This document shows, piece after piece, positions 36,355 to 45,163 of a DNA stretch of 64,000 bases (positions are counted from its first letter, which is position 1; each line of letters opens with the position of its first letter). Made by a program: the position numbers and the translations under genes. The stretch is from assembly GCA_947627745.1 (NCBI GenBank), contig CANQXH010000001.1:63-64062 (forward strand). The letters are read 5' to 3'. The notes under the pieces were generated by a model. It had not been told where the DNA came from, did no database searches, and saw only the letters and a list, made by a program, of their open reading frames with translations. The stretch is from an uncultured Oscillospiraceae bacterium (lineage in GTDB: Bacteria; Bacillota; Clostridia; Oscillospirales; Oscillospiraceae).

Positions 36355-37335
36355 TTACCTCTCCCGGCTCTTGAGGATTCGGATATCCTCCCCCAGAAAG
36401 GCCACCCGGCGGAAGGACCGGAGGCGGGAGGCGATCTGGGGGGAGTATCTGCGGGGCAGGTCCTCCGTATTCAGATTGGTGGACAAAATGGTGGACTTGC
36501 CTGAGAGCAGCCGGTCGTTGAGCAGGGTGTAGAGGGACGCTGTCACAAACTGGCCGGGCAGCTCGGTACCCAGGTCGTCCAAAATCAGCAGATCACAGGC
36601 GGAAAATTTCTCCGCGTCCTGGCGGGCCGCCTCGTCGGCGGCAAACCGCGCCCGCTCCAGCTTGGAAAACAGGTGGGCGGCGCTTTCATAGACCACGGAG
36701 TAGCCCCGCTCCGCCACCTCCCGGGCGATGCAGGCGGACAGGAAGGTTTTTCCCAGCCCCGTATCCCCGGAAAACAGCAGATTCTCCGCCCCCGGGCGGA
36801 AGCCCTGGGCGTATTGCAGGCAGGTGGCGTAGGTTTTCTCCATGACCCGGCGGGGGCTGACCCCCAGCTTGGGATCGATCCGGTCCGGGTAATAGTCCAG
36901 ACGGAAGTCCCCGAACCGTTCCTCCCTGCCGTTAAGAAGGGTCAGCTCCTTCCGCTGCTCCTGGGCGCAGAGGGCCAGCAGGCACCGGCACATGGCGCTG
37001 CCCACATAGCCGGTGTCCCCGCAAAGGGGACAGTTGGGCTTATCAGAAAGAAAATCCGGGGGAAATTTGGTATTCAGCAGCTCCTGCCGCTCCCGCTGCA
37101 AAGTCAGATTCTCCTGGCGGGCGGCCTCCATGGACTTTTCCACGTCCCCGCCCCGGGTAAAGACCGCCTGGGCCGCCTGGGCCATGGTCTGGCGCAGCGC
37201 CCGGTCAATTTCCTGAAGCCGGGGCTCCTCCCGGTACGCCTGGGCCAGATGGGCCCTATAAAGGCTCTCCCGGTCCGAACGGGCCTGCTCCAGCCGCCGC
37301 CGGGCGGCACGCAGGACTTGTGGGCTGTACCCCAT
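36355..37335 (-). CDS. dnaI: DnaC/DnaI-like helicase loader ATPase
   Basis: Zn-ribbon-like CPLCGDTGY...CRC, Walker A GDTGLGKTF and Walker B LLILDDLG. Confidence 0.8.
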   Translation of the reverse strand: MGYSPQVLRAARRRLEQARSDRESLYRAHLAQAYREEPRLQEIDRALRQTMAQAAQAVFTRGGDVEKSMEAARQENLTLQRERQELLNTKFPPDFLSDKPNCPLCGDTGYVGSAMCRCLLALCAQEQRKELTLLNGREERFGDFRLDYYPDRIDPKLGVSPRRVMEKTYATCLQYAQGFRPGAENLLFSGDTGLGKTFLSACIAREVAERGYSVVYESAAHLFSKLERARFAADEAARQDAEKFSACDLLILDDLGTELPGQFVTASLYTLLNDRLLSGKSTILSTNLNTEDLPRRYSPQIASRLRSFRRVAFLGEDIRILKSRER

Positions 37336-37337
37336 GG

Positions 37338-38213
37338 TTATCCCTCCCGCAGCATTCTGGCGATGGCGGCCTGCTCCTCCGGATCCAGGCGCCGTTCCGT
37401 GGGCGCGTCCTTCCGGGCGTCTCCGGAGCGCACCTGGGCGCCGGTATGGAGCCCCGCTTCATGCCAACGAAGCAAAATCTTGTTCATGTAGTTCCAGTTC
37501 AGGCCCCCGGTGTTCAGGCAGGTCCGCTCGTAGGCCATGGTCAGGGCCTCCTGGTCAAAGTTCATGTCCAGCCAGCTCTGGGCGTACCGGGCCTCTGCGG
37601 CGGTCAGGCTCCGGCCCCGGATCTGCAAAATGGCCGCCAGCCGGCCCAGCTTGCTCTCCCGCTGATTCTGGACCTGGATAAAGGCGGCGGCGGCCTCCAC
37701 CGTGTCGATTCCCGCCTCCGCCCAGGCGTAGGCCTCCTTCTCAATGGCCCGGAGGCTGGGGTTGCGCAGGCTCCCCCGGCGGCGGGCCCGCTCCTTGCAG
37801 TAGCACACCAGCACGGAGATCACCTCCGCCGGAAGTCCCAAGTAGCGGACAAAGCCCAAAAGGATCTTTAGCTCCTCGGTATTCAGGCTCCGGCCCAGCA
37901 GCCGCTGCACCTCCCCATAGAGGGAGCGGAAGGAAGCGTCCGTATCCATGGCCGCCAGAACGTCCCGCTCCGTGTATCGGGGGCGCTCCCCAGGCATCAG
38001 CACCGCCGGCTTTTCCTCGGGCCACAGGCCCAGCTGCCGCAGCACCGCCTCCGCCACGCCGTACCGGCTCTCCTCCAGGCCCAGGGCCTCCCTAGCAGAG
38101 GGCTCGTCCCCCCCGGAGCGGAGGTACAGATATAGAAGGGCCGCGTCGCCGTTGGCGGCGGAGAGAATCTTTTTCAGATCGCCGGATGGAATGTTCAGAG
38201 ATTCGATATTCAT
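37338..38213 (-). CDS. DnaD-domain replication initiation protein (DnaB/DnaD-like)
   Basis: It has C-terminal DnaD-type repeats (...YAQSWLDMNFDQEALTMAYERTCLNTGGLNWNYMNKILLRWHEAGL) and lies directly upstream of the dnaI-like gene. Confidence 0.75.
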   Translation of the reverse strand: MNIESLNIPSGDLKKILSAANGDAALLYLYLRSGGDEPSAREALGLEESRYGVAEAVLRQLGLWPEEKPAVLMPGERPRYTERDVLAAMDTDASFRSLYGEVQRLLGRSLNTEELKILLGFVRYLGLPAEVISVLVCYCKERARRRGSLRNPSLRAIEKEAYAWAEAGIDTVEAAAAFIQVQNQRESKLGRLAAILQIRGRSLTAAEARYAQSWLDMNFDQEALTMAYERTCLNTGGLNWNYMNKILLRWHEAGLHTGAQVRSGDARKDAPTERRLDPEEQAAIARMLREG

Positions 38214-38372
38214 GGCCGCTCCTCACAGATACCGGAAAGTCAAGTCGCTTAAAGGAAATTATAACACACATTCCCCCCGGGCACAACCGGCCCGGGGGGC
38301 AGATTTTGGAGAAAAAAGCGGGGAAAATTTTGGCGGGCAACAGGATATTGTGTCTGATAGCCGGGAAAAGCC

Positions 38373-39761
38373 CTATCCCTGCGAAGAAAACAGGGGGCGG
38401 ATCTTCCTCCGGTAGATCCGAATGTAGAGGATCCCCGTCACGATCAGGCTCATGACCTCCGCCACCGGGAAGGCCCACCACACCGCCTGGACCTGGCCCG
38501 TCAAGCTGAGCAGATAGGCCACCGGCAGCAGCACGATCATTTGCCGGCAAAGGGAGGTGATGGTGGAGTAGATGCCCACCCCCAGGGCCTGGAAGGAGGC
38601 CCCCAGGGCGATGCACACCGCCGCCAGGGGGAAGTGGACGCTGATAATCCGCAGGGCACTGCGGCCAATGGTCCGGAAGCTCTCCGAAGGCTGGAAAATA
38701 TCCATCAACAGGTCCGGGAAGAATTGAAACACCAGCAGCCCCACGGTGGTGATACACAGGGCCGTGGCCACCGTGCGCTTCAGCGTTGCCGTGATCCGGT
38801 CCGGCTTCCTGGCGCCGTAGTTGAAGGCCACGATGGAGATGGCGGCGTTGTTCAGGCCGAACAAAGGCATAAAGAAGAAGCTCTGGAGCTTGTAGTAAAT
38901 GCCGAAGACGCCGGCGGCGGTCTCCCCCACCCCTTCAAAGCCCAGCAGGATCTGGTTCATGGAGAAGTTCATCACGGAGCCGATGGCCATCATCACCACC
39001 GAGGGGATGCCCACGGTGAGGATGGGCCGTACCACGGCCCACTTGGGCCGCAGGAAGCTCAGACGGAAGCTGATATCCGAATTAAACCGGAAGTTGAAGA
39101 ACACCGCCATGGCCGCCGCCACCCACTGGCCGATCACCGTGGCCACCGCCGCTCCGGCGATGCCCATGGCGGGGATGCCGAACCAGCCGAAGATGAACAC
39201 CGGGTCCAGAAAAATGTTGAACAGCGCCCCGGTGCCCTGGGTGAACATGGTGTACACCGTGCGGCCAGAGGCCTGAAGTAGTCGCTCAAAGAGGATCTCC
39301 ACAAAGACGCCCAGGGTAAAGATACAGCAGATCGAGGTATAGGCGGTGCCGCCCTCCACCGTTTCCGTTACCTGGGACTGCATGGCATAGTAGGGCCGGG
39401 AGCCCAGAAAGCCGAAGGCCATGAAAACCAGGGTGATGACGGCCGTGAGAAAAATGCCGTTTCCGGCGGCCCGGCTGGCCCGCTCCCGGTTCCCCTCCCC
39501 CAGGGACTTGCTCAGCAGGGAGTTGACGCCCACGGCAATGCCGGTGGCGAAGCCGATCTGCATATTCTGCACGGGGAAGGCCAGGCCCAGGGCGGTCACG
39601 GCGCTGTCGTTGATCCGGGAGACGTAGATGCTGTCCACCACGTTGTACAGGGCCTGGACCAGCATGGAGGCGATCATAGGCAGGGCCATGGTCAGCAGCA
39701 GCCGGCCCACGGGCATGACGCCCATTTTGTTTTCATCCAAAGAGTGATCGTTTCTGCTCAT
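38373..39761 (-). CDS. MATE-family efflux transporter
   Basis: It has 12 TM segments and the N-terminus GRLLLTMALPMIASMLVQALYNVVDSIYVSRI. I trimmed it to the ATG at 39761. Confidence 0.88.
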   Translation of the reverse strand: MSRNDHSLDENKMGVMPVGRLLLTMALPMIASMLVQALYNVVDSIYVSRINDSAVTALGLAFPVQNMQIGFATGIAVGVNSLLSKSLGEGNRERASRAAGNGIFLTAVITLVFMAFGFLGSRPYYAMQSQVTETVEGGTAYTSICCIFTLGVFVEILFERLLQASGRTVYTMFTQGTGALFNIFLDPVFIFGWFGIPAMGIAGAAVATVIGQWVAAAMAVFFNFRFNSDISFRLSFLRPKWAVVRPILTVGIPSVVMMAIGSVMNFSMNQILLGFEGVGETAAGVFGIYYKLQSFFFMPLFGLNNAAISIVAFNYGARKPDRITATLKRTVATALCITTVGLLVFQFFPDLLMDIFQPSESFRTIGRSALRIISVHFPLAAVCIALGASFQALGVGIYSTITSLCRQMIVLLPVAYLLSLTGQVQAVWWAFPVAEVMSLIVTGILYIRIYRRKIRPLFSSQG

Positions 39762-39850
39762 ATCAAGAATGCATCCTTGTAAAAAATGGGAATGAAGTGA
39801 CGCAGGAAAAAGGCGCCGCCGGTGGGCGGCGCCTTTGGGTCGGTATGGAT

Positions 39851-40258
39851 TTACAGATACTGCTTGATGCCCTCGGGGGCCTGGGCGGGGTCGTCGGAAA
39901 TGGAGACGGTGATCTCCATGCTGTTGGCCTGGGCAAAAGCGGCGCACCAGGTCAAAAATTCCTGGGCACATGCCCGGTCGGAGCCGATGATCTTATACAG
40001 GCTTTCAATGTAAACATGGGTGATGTCGAAGTTTCCGGCGTGGAGACCGCTCAAAAAGCCCTTGAGCTGGTCGGCATTGGAAATGGAATACTCCTTGGCG
40101 TCCACCAGACGGACACGGTAGCTCAGATCGTAGGTCAGCTTGCGGCCATACTCAATACACACCACATCGCCGGTGGCGGAGGCGACGGTCTCGTTGATGG
40201 AGGCGATCAGCTTCTTGGTCTTGCCGGAACCCTTCAGGCCCATAATTACATGTATCAT
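39851..40258 (-). CDS. Minimal P-loop NTPase-like protein (135 aa), function unknown
   Basis: Walker A GLKGSGKT is at residues 7-14. I recognise no other motif. Confidence 0.6.
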   Translation of the reverse strand: MIHVIMGLKGSGKTKKLIASINETVASATGDVVCIEYGRKLTYDLSYRVRLVDAKEYSISNADQLKGFLSGLHAGNFDITHVYIESLYKIIGSDRACAQEFLTWCAAFAQANSMEITVSISDDPAQAPEGIKQYL

Positions 40259-40351
40259 TGGACAAAATCCTCCTTTGCAGTACGCGCACGGGGCGTTACC
40301 GACATTTTAACAGGAAACGGCGGATTTTGCAACCCCCTTTTCCTGGCAAAA

Positions 40352-41656
40352 TCAGTTTTCGTAGCCGGGCTTGCCCAGCAGGTGGAACATATTCCGCTTG
40401 TAAAGCTCCACGCCGGGCTGGTTGAAGGGATTGACCCCCAGAAGATACGCCGAAATGCCGCAGGACAGCTCCAGGAAATAGAACATCTCGCCCAGCTTGG
40501 GGTAGTCCAGCTTGCCCATGTCCATGGTGATCACCGGCACGCCGCCGTCCACATGGGCGGCCACGGTACCCAAGAACGCCTGCTCGTCCACGAAGGAGAG
40601 GGTCTTGCCCTCCAGATAGTTCAGGCCGTCCAGATTCTTGTAATCGGAGCCCACCACCGCCTCCTGGACCGGGGGCGCGAAGCGCACCATGGTCTCGAAC
40701 AGGTTCCGCTGGCCCTGCTGGATCATCTGGCCCAGGCTGTGCAGATCGGCGGTCAGCTCGGCGGTGGCGGGGAACAGGCCCTTGCCGTCCTTGCCCTCGG
40801 ACTCGCCGAAGAGCTGCTGCCACCAGCCGCCGAACATTTTGAAGCCCGGCTCGAAGGACTCGAACAGCTCGATGGCCTTGCCCCGACGGTAGAGCAGGTT
40901 CCGCACGGCGGCATACTGCCAGGCGGGGTTCTCAAAGGAGCGAATGTCGTAAATTTTCTGGGACTGGGCGGCCCCGGCCATGATGGCGTTGATGTCCATT
41001 CCCGCCACGGCCATGGGCAGCAGGCCCACGGGGGTCAGGACGGAGTACCGGCCGCCCACATCCGGCGGGATCACGAAGGTCTCCCAGCCCTCCTCCTGGG
41101 CCATTTGCCGCAGCGCGCCCTTGGAGGGGTCGGTGATGGCGTAGATCCGCTTCTTGGCGGCCTCGGTGCCGTACTTCCGCTCCAGCATCCAGCGCAGGGC
41201 CCGGGTGGCGATGGCGGGCTCGGTGGTGGTGCCGGACTTGGAGATGATGGCAATGGAGAAGTCCTTGCCCTCCAGCAGGCGGCACAGCTCGTTCCACGCC
41301 CGGGTGGACAGGCCGTTGCCGGCGAAGAAGATCTGGGGATTGCCCTTCCCCTTGCCGATGTTGTGGTTCACGCCCTGCATCAGCTCGATGGCGGCCCGGG
41401 GGCCTAAGTAGCTGCCGCCGATGCCGATGACCACAAACACATCGGAGTCCGCCCGGATCCGGGCGGCGGCGGCGGAAATGCGGCGCATTTCCTCGGTGGG
41501 TTCGGCGGTGGGCAGGTGGAGCCAGCCCAGGAAGTCATTGCCGGCGCCGGTGCCGTCCATCAGGGTCTGGTGGGCGGCGGCGACCTCCTTCTCCATGGAC
41601 AGCAGATCGGGCAGGGACAGCTGCCCCCAAACATTGGATATATCGACTTTGATCAT
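40352..41656 (-). CDS. pgi: Glucose-6-phosphate isomerase
   Basis: 434 aa, with GNDFLGWLHLP...VVIGIGGSYLGPRA...ISKSGTTTEP...GGRYSVLT. Confidence 0.93.
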   Translation of the reverse strand: MIKVDISNVWGQLSLPDLLSMEKEVAAAHQTLMDGTGAGNDFLGWLHLPTAEPTEEMRRISAAAARIRADSDVFVVIGIGGSYLGPRAAIELMQGVNHNIGKGKGNPQIFFAGNGLSTRAWNELCRLLEGKDFSIAIISKSGTTTEPAIATRALRWMLERKYGTEAAKKRIYAITDPSKGALRQMAQEEGWETFVIPPDVGGRYSVLTPVGLLPMAVAGMDINAIMAGAAQSQKIYDIRSFENPAWQYAAVRNLLYRRGKAIELFESFEPGFKMFGGWWQQLFGESEGKDGKGLFPATAELTADLHSLGQMIQQGQRNLFETMVRFAPPVQEAVVGSDYKNLDGLNYLEGKTLSFVDEQAFLGTVAAHVDGGVPVITMDMGKLDYPKLGEMFYFLELSCGISAYLLGVNPFNQPGVELYKRNMFHLLGKPGYEN

Positions 41657-41840
41657 GGGAAATCATCCTTTCCGTTTTTTCGGTTCGCTTGTGTATATGT
41701 TACTCCAAAATCGGCGCAAACGCAAGGGGGGCTGGAAAAGTTTCAAAACTTTTCAAAATTTTTCCAGCTCCCTATGGCTTTTTTCTCCAGACGGCGGTAT
41801 AATAAGGGAGCTTATCAACCCACTGGGAGGAAACAAATCT

Positions 41841-42788
41841 ATGAAATACGGCTTCGGCGTGGATCTGGGCGGCACCACCGTCAAGATCGGCTTTTTCAAC
41901 GAGCGAGGCGTCATGCAAGGCAAATGGGAAATCCCCACCCGGACGGCGGAACGGGGCCGGCACATCCTGCCGGACATCGCCGCCTCTATCCGGCAGCATC
42001 TGGACAAGACGGGGATCCCGGACAGCGACATTTTGGGCATCGGCATCGGCGTTCCCGGGCCGGTGGACCCCAAGGGCAACGTCAATAAGTGCGTCAACCT
42101 GGGCTGGGGGGTGTTCAATCTCCATCAGGCCCTCTCGACCCTGACGGGCTTCCCCGTCAAGGGCGGCAACGACGCCAATGTGGCCGCCCTGGGCGAATAC
42201 TGGATGGGCGGCGGCATGGGCTCCAGCAACATGGTCTTCGCCACCTTGGGCACCGGCGTAGGCGGCGGGATTATTGTCGGCGGGGAGCTGATCCACGGCT
42301 ACCACGGCTCCGGCGGCGAGATCGGCCACATTGTCCTGGACAAGAACGAGCCCGAGGCCTGCGGCTGCGGCAAGCACGGCTGCGCCGAGCAGTACTGCTC
42401 CGCCACCGGGGTGGTCCGGGTGGCCGAGCGGTATCTGGCGGCCCATCCCGAGCCCTCCGCCCTGCGGGACATCTTTCCCCTGACCTGCAAGGACGTGTTC
42501 GACGCCTCCGCCACCGGCGACCGGGTCGCCGCCGCCATTTTGGAGCAGGTCTACGACTATTTGGGCCAGTTCCTGGCGGATATCTGCTGCGTCATCGACC
42601 CGGAGGTGGTGGTCCTGGGCGGCGGCGTCAGCAAGGCGGGTCTGCCCCTGCTGGACGGGGCCCGGCGGTATTTCAACAAGTATGTGTTCCACGCCGCCAA
42701 GGGGGCCCGGTTCGCCCTGGCCTCCCTGGGCAACGACGCCGGGACCTACGGGGCCTTCAAGCTGGCCCTCAACGAATTTGGAAAATAA
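41841..42788 (+). CDS. glcK: ROK-family glucokinase
   Basis: MKYGFGVDLGGTTVKIG...GNDANVAALGE...GEIGH...CGCGKHGCAEQY. The ATG at 41841 follows GGGAGG. Confidence 0.88.
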   Translation: MKYGFGVDLGGTTVKIGFFNERGVMQGKWEIPTRTAERGRHILPDIAASIRQHLDKTGIPDSDILGIGIGVPGPVDPKGNVNKCVNLGWGVFNLHQALSTLTGFPVKGGNDANVAALGEYWMGGGMGSSNMVFATLGTGVGGGIIVGGELIHGYHGSGGEIGHIVLDKNEPEACGCGKHGCAEQYCSATGVVRVAERYLAAHPEPSALRDIFPLTCKDVFDASATGDRVAAAILEQVYDYLGQFLADICCVIDPEVVVLGGGVSKAGLPLLDGARRYFNKYVFHAAKGARFALASLGNDAGTYGAFKLALNEFGK

Positions 42789-42806
42789 TATTAAGGAGGA
42801 AATCAA

Positions 42807-44651
42807 ATGTACTGCTATCGCCAGCTCACTTCCGATCTGTACTGGGTGGGCGCCAACGACCGGCGACTGGCCCTGTTCGAGGGCGTGTACTCCGTCCCCC
42901 GGGGCGTGAGCTACAATTCATACGTCCTGCTGGACGAAAAGACGGTCCTGTTCGACACCGTGGACAAGGCCGTTGGGAAGGTCTTTTTTGAGAACGTGGA
43001 GCAGGTTTTGGCCGGCCGGGACCTGGACTATGTCTTCGTTCACCACATGGAGCCGGACCACTCTGCCACCCTCGCCGACATTCTGCTCCGCTATCCCGGG
43101 GCGAAAATCGTCTGCAACGCCGCCACCCGGAACATGATGAAGCAGTTCTTCTCCTTCGACGTGGACAGCCGCTGGGTGGAGGCCAAGGAGGGGGAGGTCT
43201 TCTCCACCGGCCGGCACAATTTCTGCTTCGTCAAGGCCCCCATGGTCCACTGGCCGGAGGTCATGGTGTCCTACGACACTACCGACGGCATTTTGTTCTC
43301 CGCCGACGCCTTCGGCACCTTCGGCGCCCTGAACGGGGCCATCTTCGCCGACGAGGTGGACTTTGAGCGGGACTACCTGGACGAGGCCCGGCGGTACTAC
43401 ACCAACATCGTGGGCAAGTACGGCACCCAGGTCACGAACCTGCTGAACAAGGCCTCCCTGCTGGATATCCAGCTCCTGTGTCCCCTCCACGGCTTCGTCT
43501 GGCGGCGGGATATCGGCTCCTTCGTCAGCAAGTACCTGGCCTGGGCCAGCTACACCCCGGAGGAGACCGGCGTGATGATCGCCTACGCCTCCGTCTACGG
43601 CAACACGGAAAACGCCGCCGAAATTCTGGCGGTGAAGCTCCGGGAGCGGGGCATCCCCACGGTGATCTACGACGTGTCCGTCACCCCCGCCTCGGAGATC
43701 GTGGCGGCGGCCTTCCGGTACAGCCACCTGGTCTTCGCCTCCACCACCTACAACGCCGGTATCTTCGTCACCATGGAGGCCCTGCTGGCGGACCTGACGG
43801 CCCACAACATCCAGAACCGCACCGTGGCCCTGATCGAGAATGGCTCCTGGGCCCCCACCAGCGGCGGCCTCATGCGCAAGGCCCTGGAAAAGTGTAAAAA
43901 CCTGACCATTCTGAACGAGACCCTCTCCATCCGCTCCTCCGTCAAGGAGCATCAGCTGGAGAACCTGACCAAAATGGCCGACGCTATCGCCGCCACCATC
44001 TCCGCCCCGGCGGCGGCAGAGCCCCTTCCCGCCGGCGCGGTGGACAACAAGGCCATGTTCAAGCTGTCCTACGGCCTGTTCGTCCTGACCACCCGGGAGG
44101 GGGGCAAGGACAACGGCTGCATCATCAATACCGCCGGCCAGCTGACCTCCACCCCCAATCGAATCCAGATCGCCGTGAACAAGCAGAACTACTCCCACGA
44201 CCTGATCCTCCGCACCGGGGTGTTCAACGTCAGCATCCTGACCCAGGACGTGCCCTTCCAGGTGTTCCAGCAGTTTGGCTTCTGCTCCGGCCGGGACACG
44301 GACAAGTTTGCCTCCGTTTCCTACGACTGCCGCACCGCCAACGGCCTGCGGTATATCCCCGAGTACACCAACGCGGTACTCTCCGGGAAGGTGATCTCCG
44401 CCACGGATTACGGCACCCACACCCTGTTCGTGGCCGACGTCACCGAAGCCAAGGTCCTCTCCAGCGCCCCCAGCGTCACCTACCAGTATTACTTTGACCA
44501 CATCAAGCCCAAGCCCGCCCCCGCCGCCCAGAAGAAGACCGGCTGGGTCTGCAAGATCTGCGGCTACGTCTACGAGGGCGAGGAGCTGCCCCCGGACTTT
44601 GTCTGCCCGCTGTGCAAGCACGGCGCCGAGGATTTTGAAAAAATCAGCTGA
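42807..44651 (+). CDS. Multidomain flavodiiron protein: diiron MBL-like + flavodoxin-like + flavin reductase-like + rubredoxin
   Basis: It has the HHMEPDHS diiron motif, a flavodoxin-like middle, an FMN split-barrel-like segment (FKLSYGLFVLTTREGGKDNGCIINT) and a C-terminal rubredoxin (WVCKICGYVYEG...CPLCKHG). Confidence 0.85.
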   Translation: MYCYRQLTSDLYWVGANDRRLALFEGVYSVPRGVSYNSYVLLDEKTVLFDTVDKAVGKVFFENVEQVLAGRDLDYVFVHHMEPDHSATLADILLRYPGAKIVCNAATRNMMKQFFSFDVDSRWVEAKEGEVFSTGRHNFCFVKAPMVHWPEVMVSYDTTDGILFSADAFGTFGALNGAIFADEVDFERDYLDEARRYYTNIVGKYGTQVTNLLNKASLLDIQLLCPLHGFVWRRDIGSFVSKYLAWASYTPEETGVMIAYASVYGNTENAAEILAVKLRERGIPTVIYDVSVTPASEIVAAAFRYSHLVFASTTYNAGIFVTMEALLADLTAHNIQNRTVALIENGSWAPTSGGLMRKALEKCKNLTILNETLSIRSSVKEHQLENLTKMADAIAATISAPAAAEPLPAGAVDNKAMFKLSYGLFVLTTREGGKDNGCIINTAGQLTSTPNRIQIAVNKQNYSHDLILRTGVFNVSILTQDVPFQVFQQFGFCSGRDTDKFASVSYDCRTANGLRYIPEYTNAVLSGKVISATDYGTHTLFVADVTEAKVLSSAPSVTYQYYFDHIKPKPAPAAQKKTGWVCKICGYVYEGEELPPDFVCPLCKHGAEDFEKIS

Positions 44652-44661
44652 TAAAATCCCA

Positions 44662-44691
44662 CGCCCCCGGCGAATGCCGGGGGGCGCAACT
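44662..44691. repeat. GC-rich hairpin, copy A of a duplicated terminator-like element
   Basis: CGCCCCCGGCGAATGCCGGGGG at 44662-44683 is 22 nt identical to 48950-48971. GCGCAACT follows it at 44684-44691. Confidence 0.7.
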
Positions 44692-44729
44692 CCATTCAAA
44701 AAACCGCCCCCAGCCCGGGAGGCGGTTCG

Positions 44730-45029
44730 CTATTTCTGGTAAGCGGTCTTGTTTTTCTCGATCAGGTGATCGATCAGACGGCGGACCAGGCGGATATCCT
44801 CCTGGGTGAGCCCCGCCACGCTGACGGTGGCGCTGTTGTCCAGGCCCAGCAAAAAATCCGTGGAGACCCGAAAATACCGGGCCAGCTCCGCCAAATATTG
44901 GGTGGAGGGCACCGAAAGTCCCATTTCCCAGGCGTTGACGCCCGCCCGCGTGATCCCCAAATCCCGCGCCAGCTCCGCCTGGGTGATCCCCCGCTCCTGC
45001 CGCAGGGCCTTGATCTTCTCATAAATCAT
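44730..45029 (-). CDS. XRE-family HTH regulator
   Basis: MIYEKIKALRQERGITQAELARDLGITRAGVNAWEMGLSVPSTQYLAELARYFRVSTDFLLG. The ATG at 45029 has an AGGAGG RBS. Confidence 0.85.
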   Translation of the reverse strand: MIYEKIKALRQERGITQAELARDLGITRAGVNAWEMGLSVPSTQYLAELARYFRVSTDFLLGLDNSATVSVAGLTQEDIRLVRRLIDHLIEKNKTAYQK

Positions 45030-45099
45030 ATCCGGGCCTCCTTTTCTGTATAGTAGAATATGCAAAATGATATTGCATTATCATACATGATAAAACAGA

Positions 45100-45128
45100 T
45101 TGACACTTGGCAAAAGATGTGCTATGAT
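45100..45128 (+). promoter_or_regulatory. Promoter of the large surface-protein gene
   Basis: TTGACA (45100-45105), a 17-nt spacer, then TATGAT (45123-45128). A palindrome ATGCAA-N8-TTGCAT lies upstream (around 45059-45078), between this gene and the divergent XRE gene. Confidence 0.55.
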
Positions 45129-45163
45129 AAATGCTGGAAAGAAAGCTAAAAGGGGTGTCCATC

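Noticed and set aside
39797-44699. Long ORFs 39797-41407 (+), 41772-42806 (-) and 42918-44699 (-)
   Set aside because: They are antisense to pgi, the glucokinase gene and the flavodiiron gene respectively. Their composition is low-complexity and they have no RBS or motifs.
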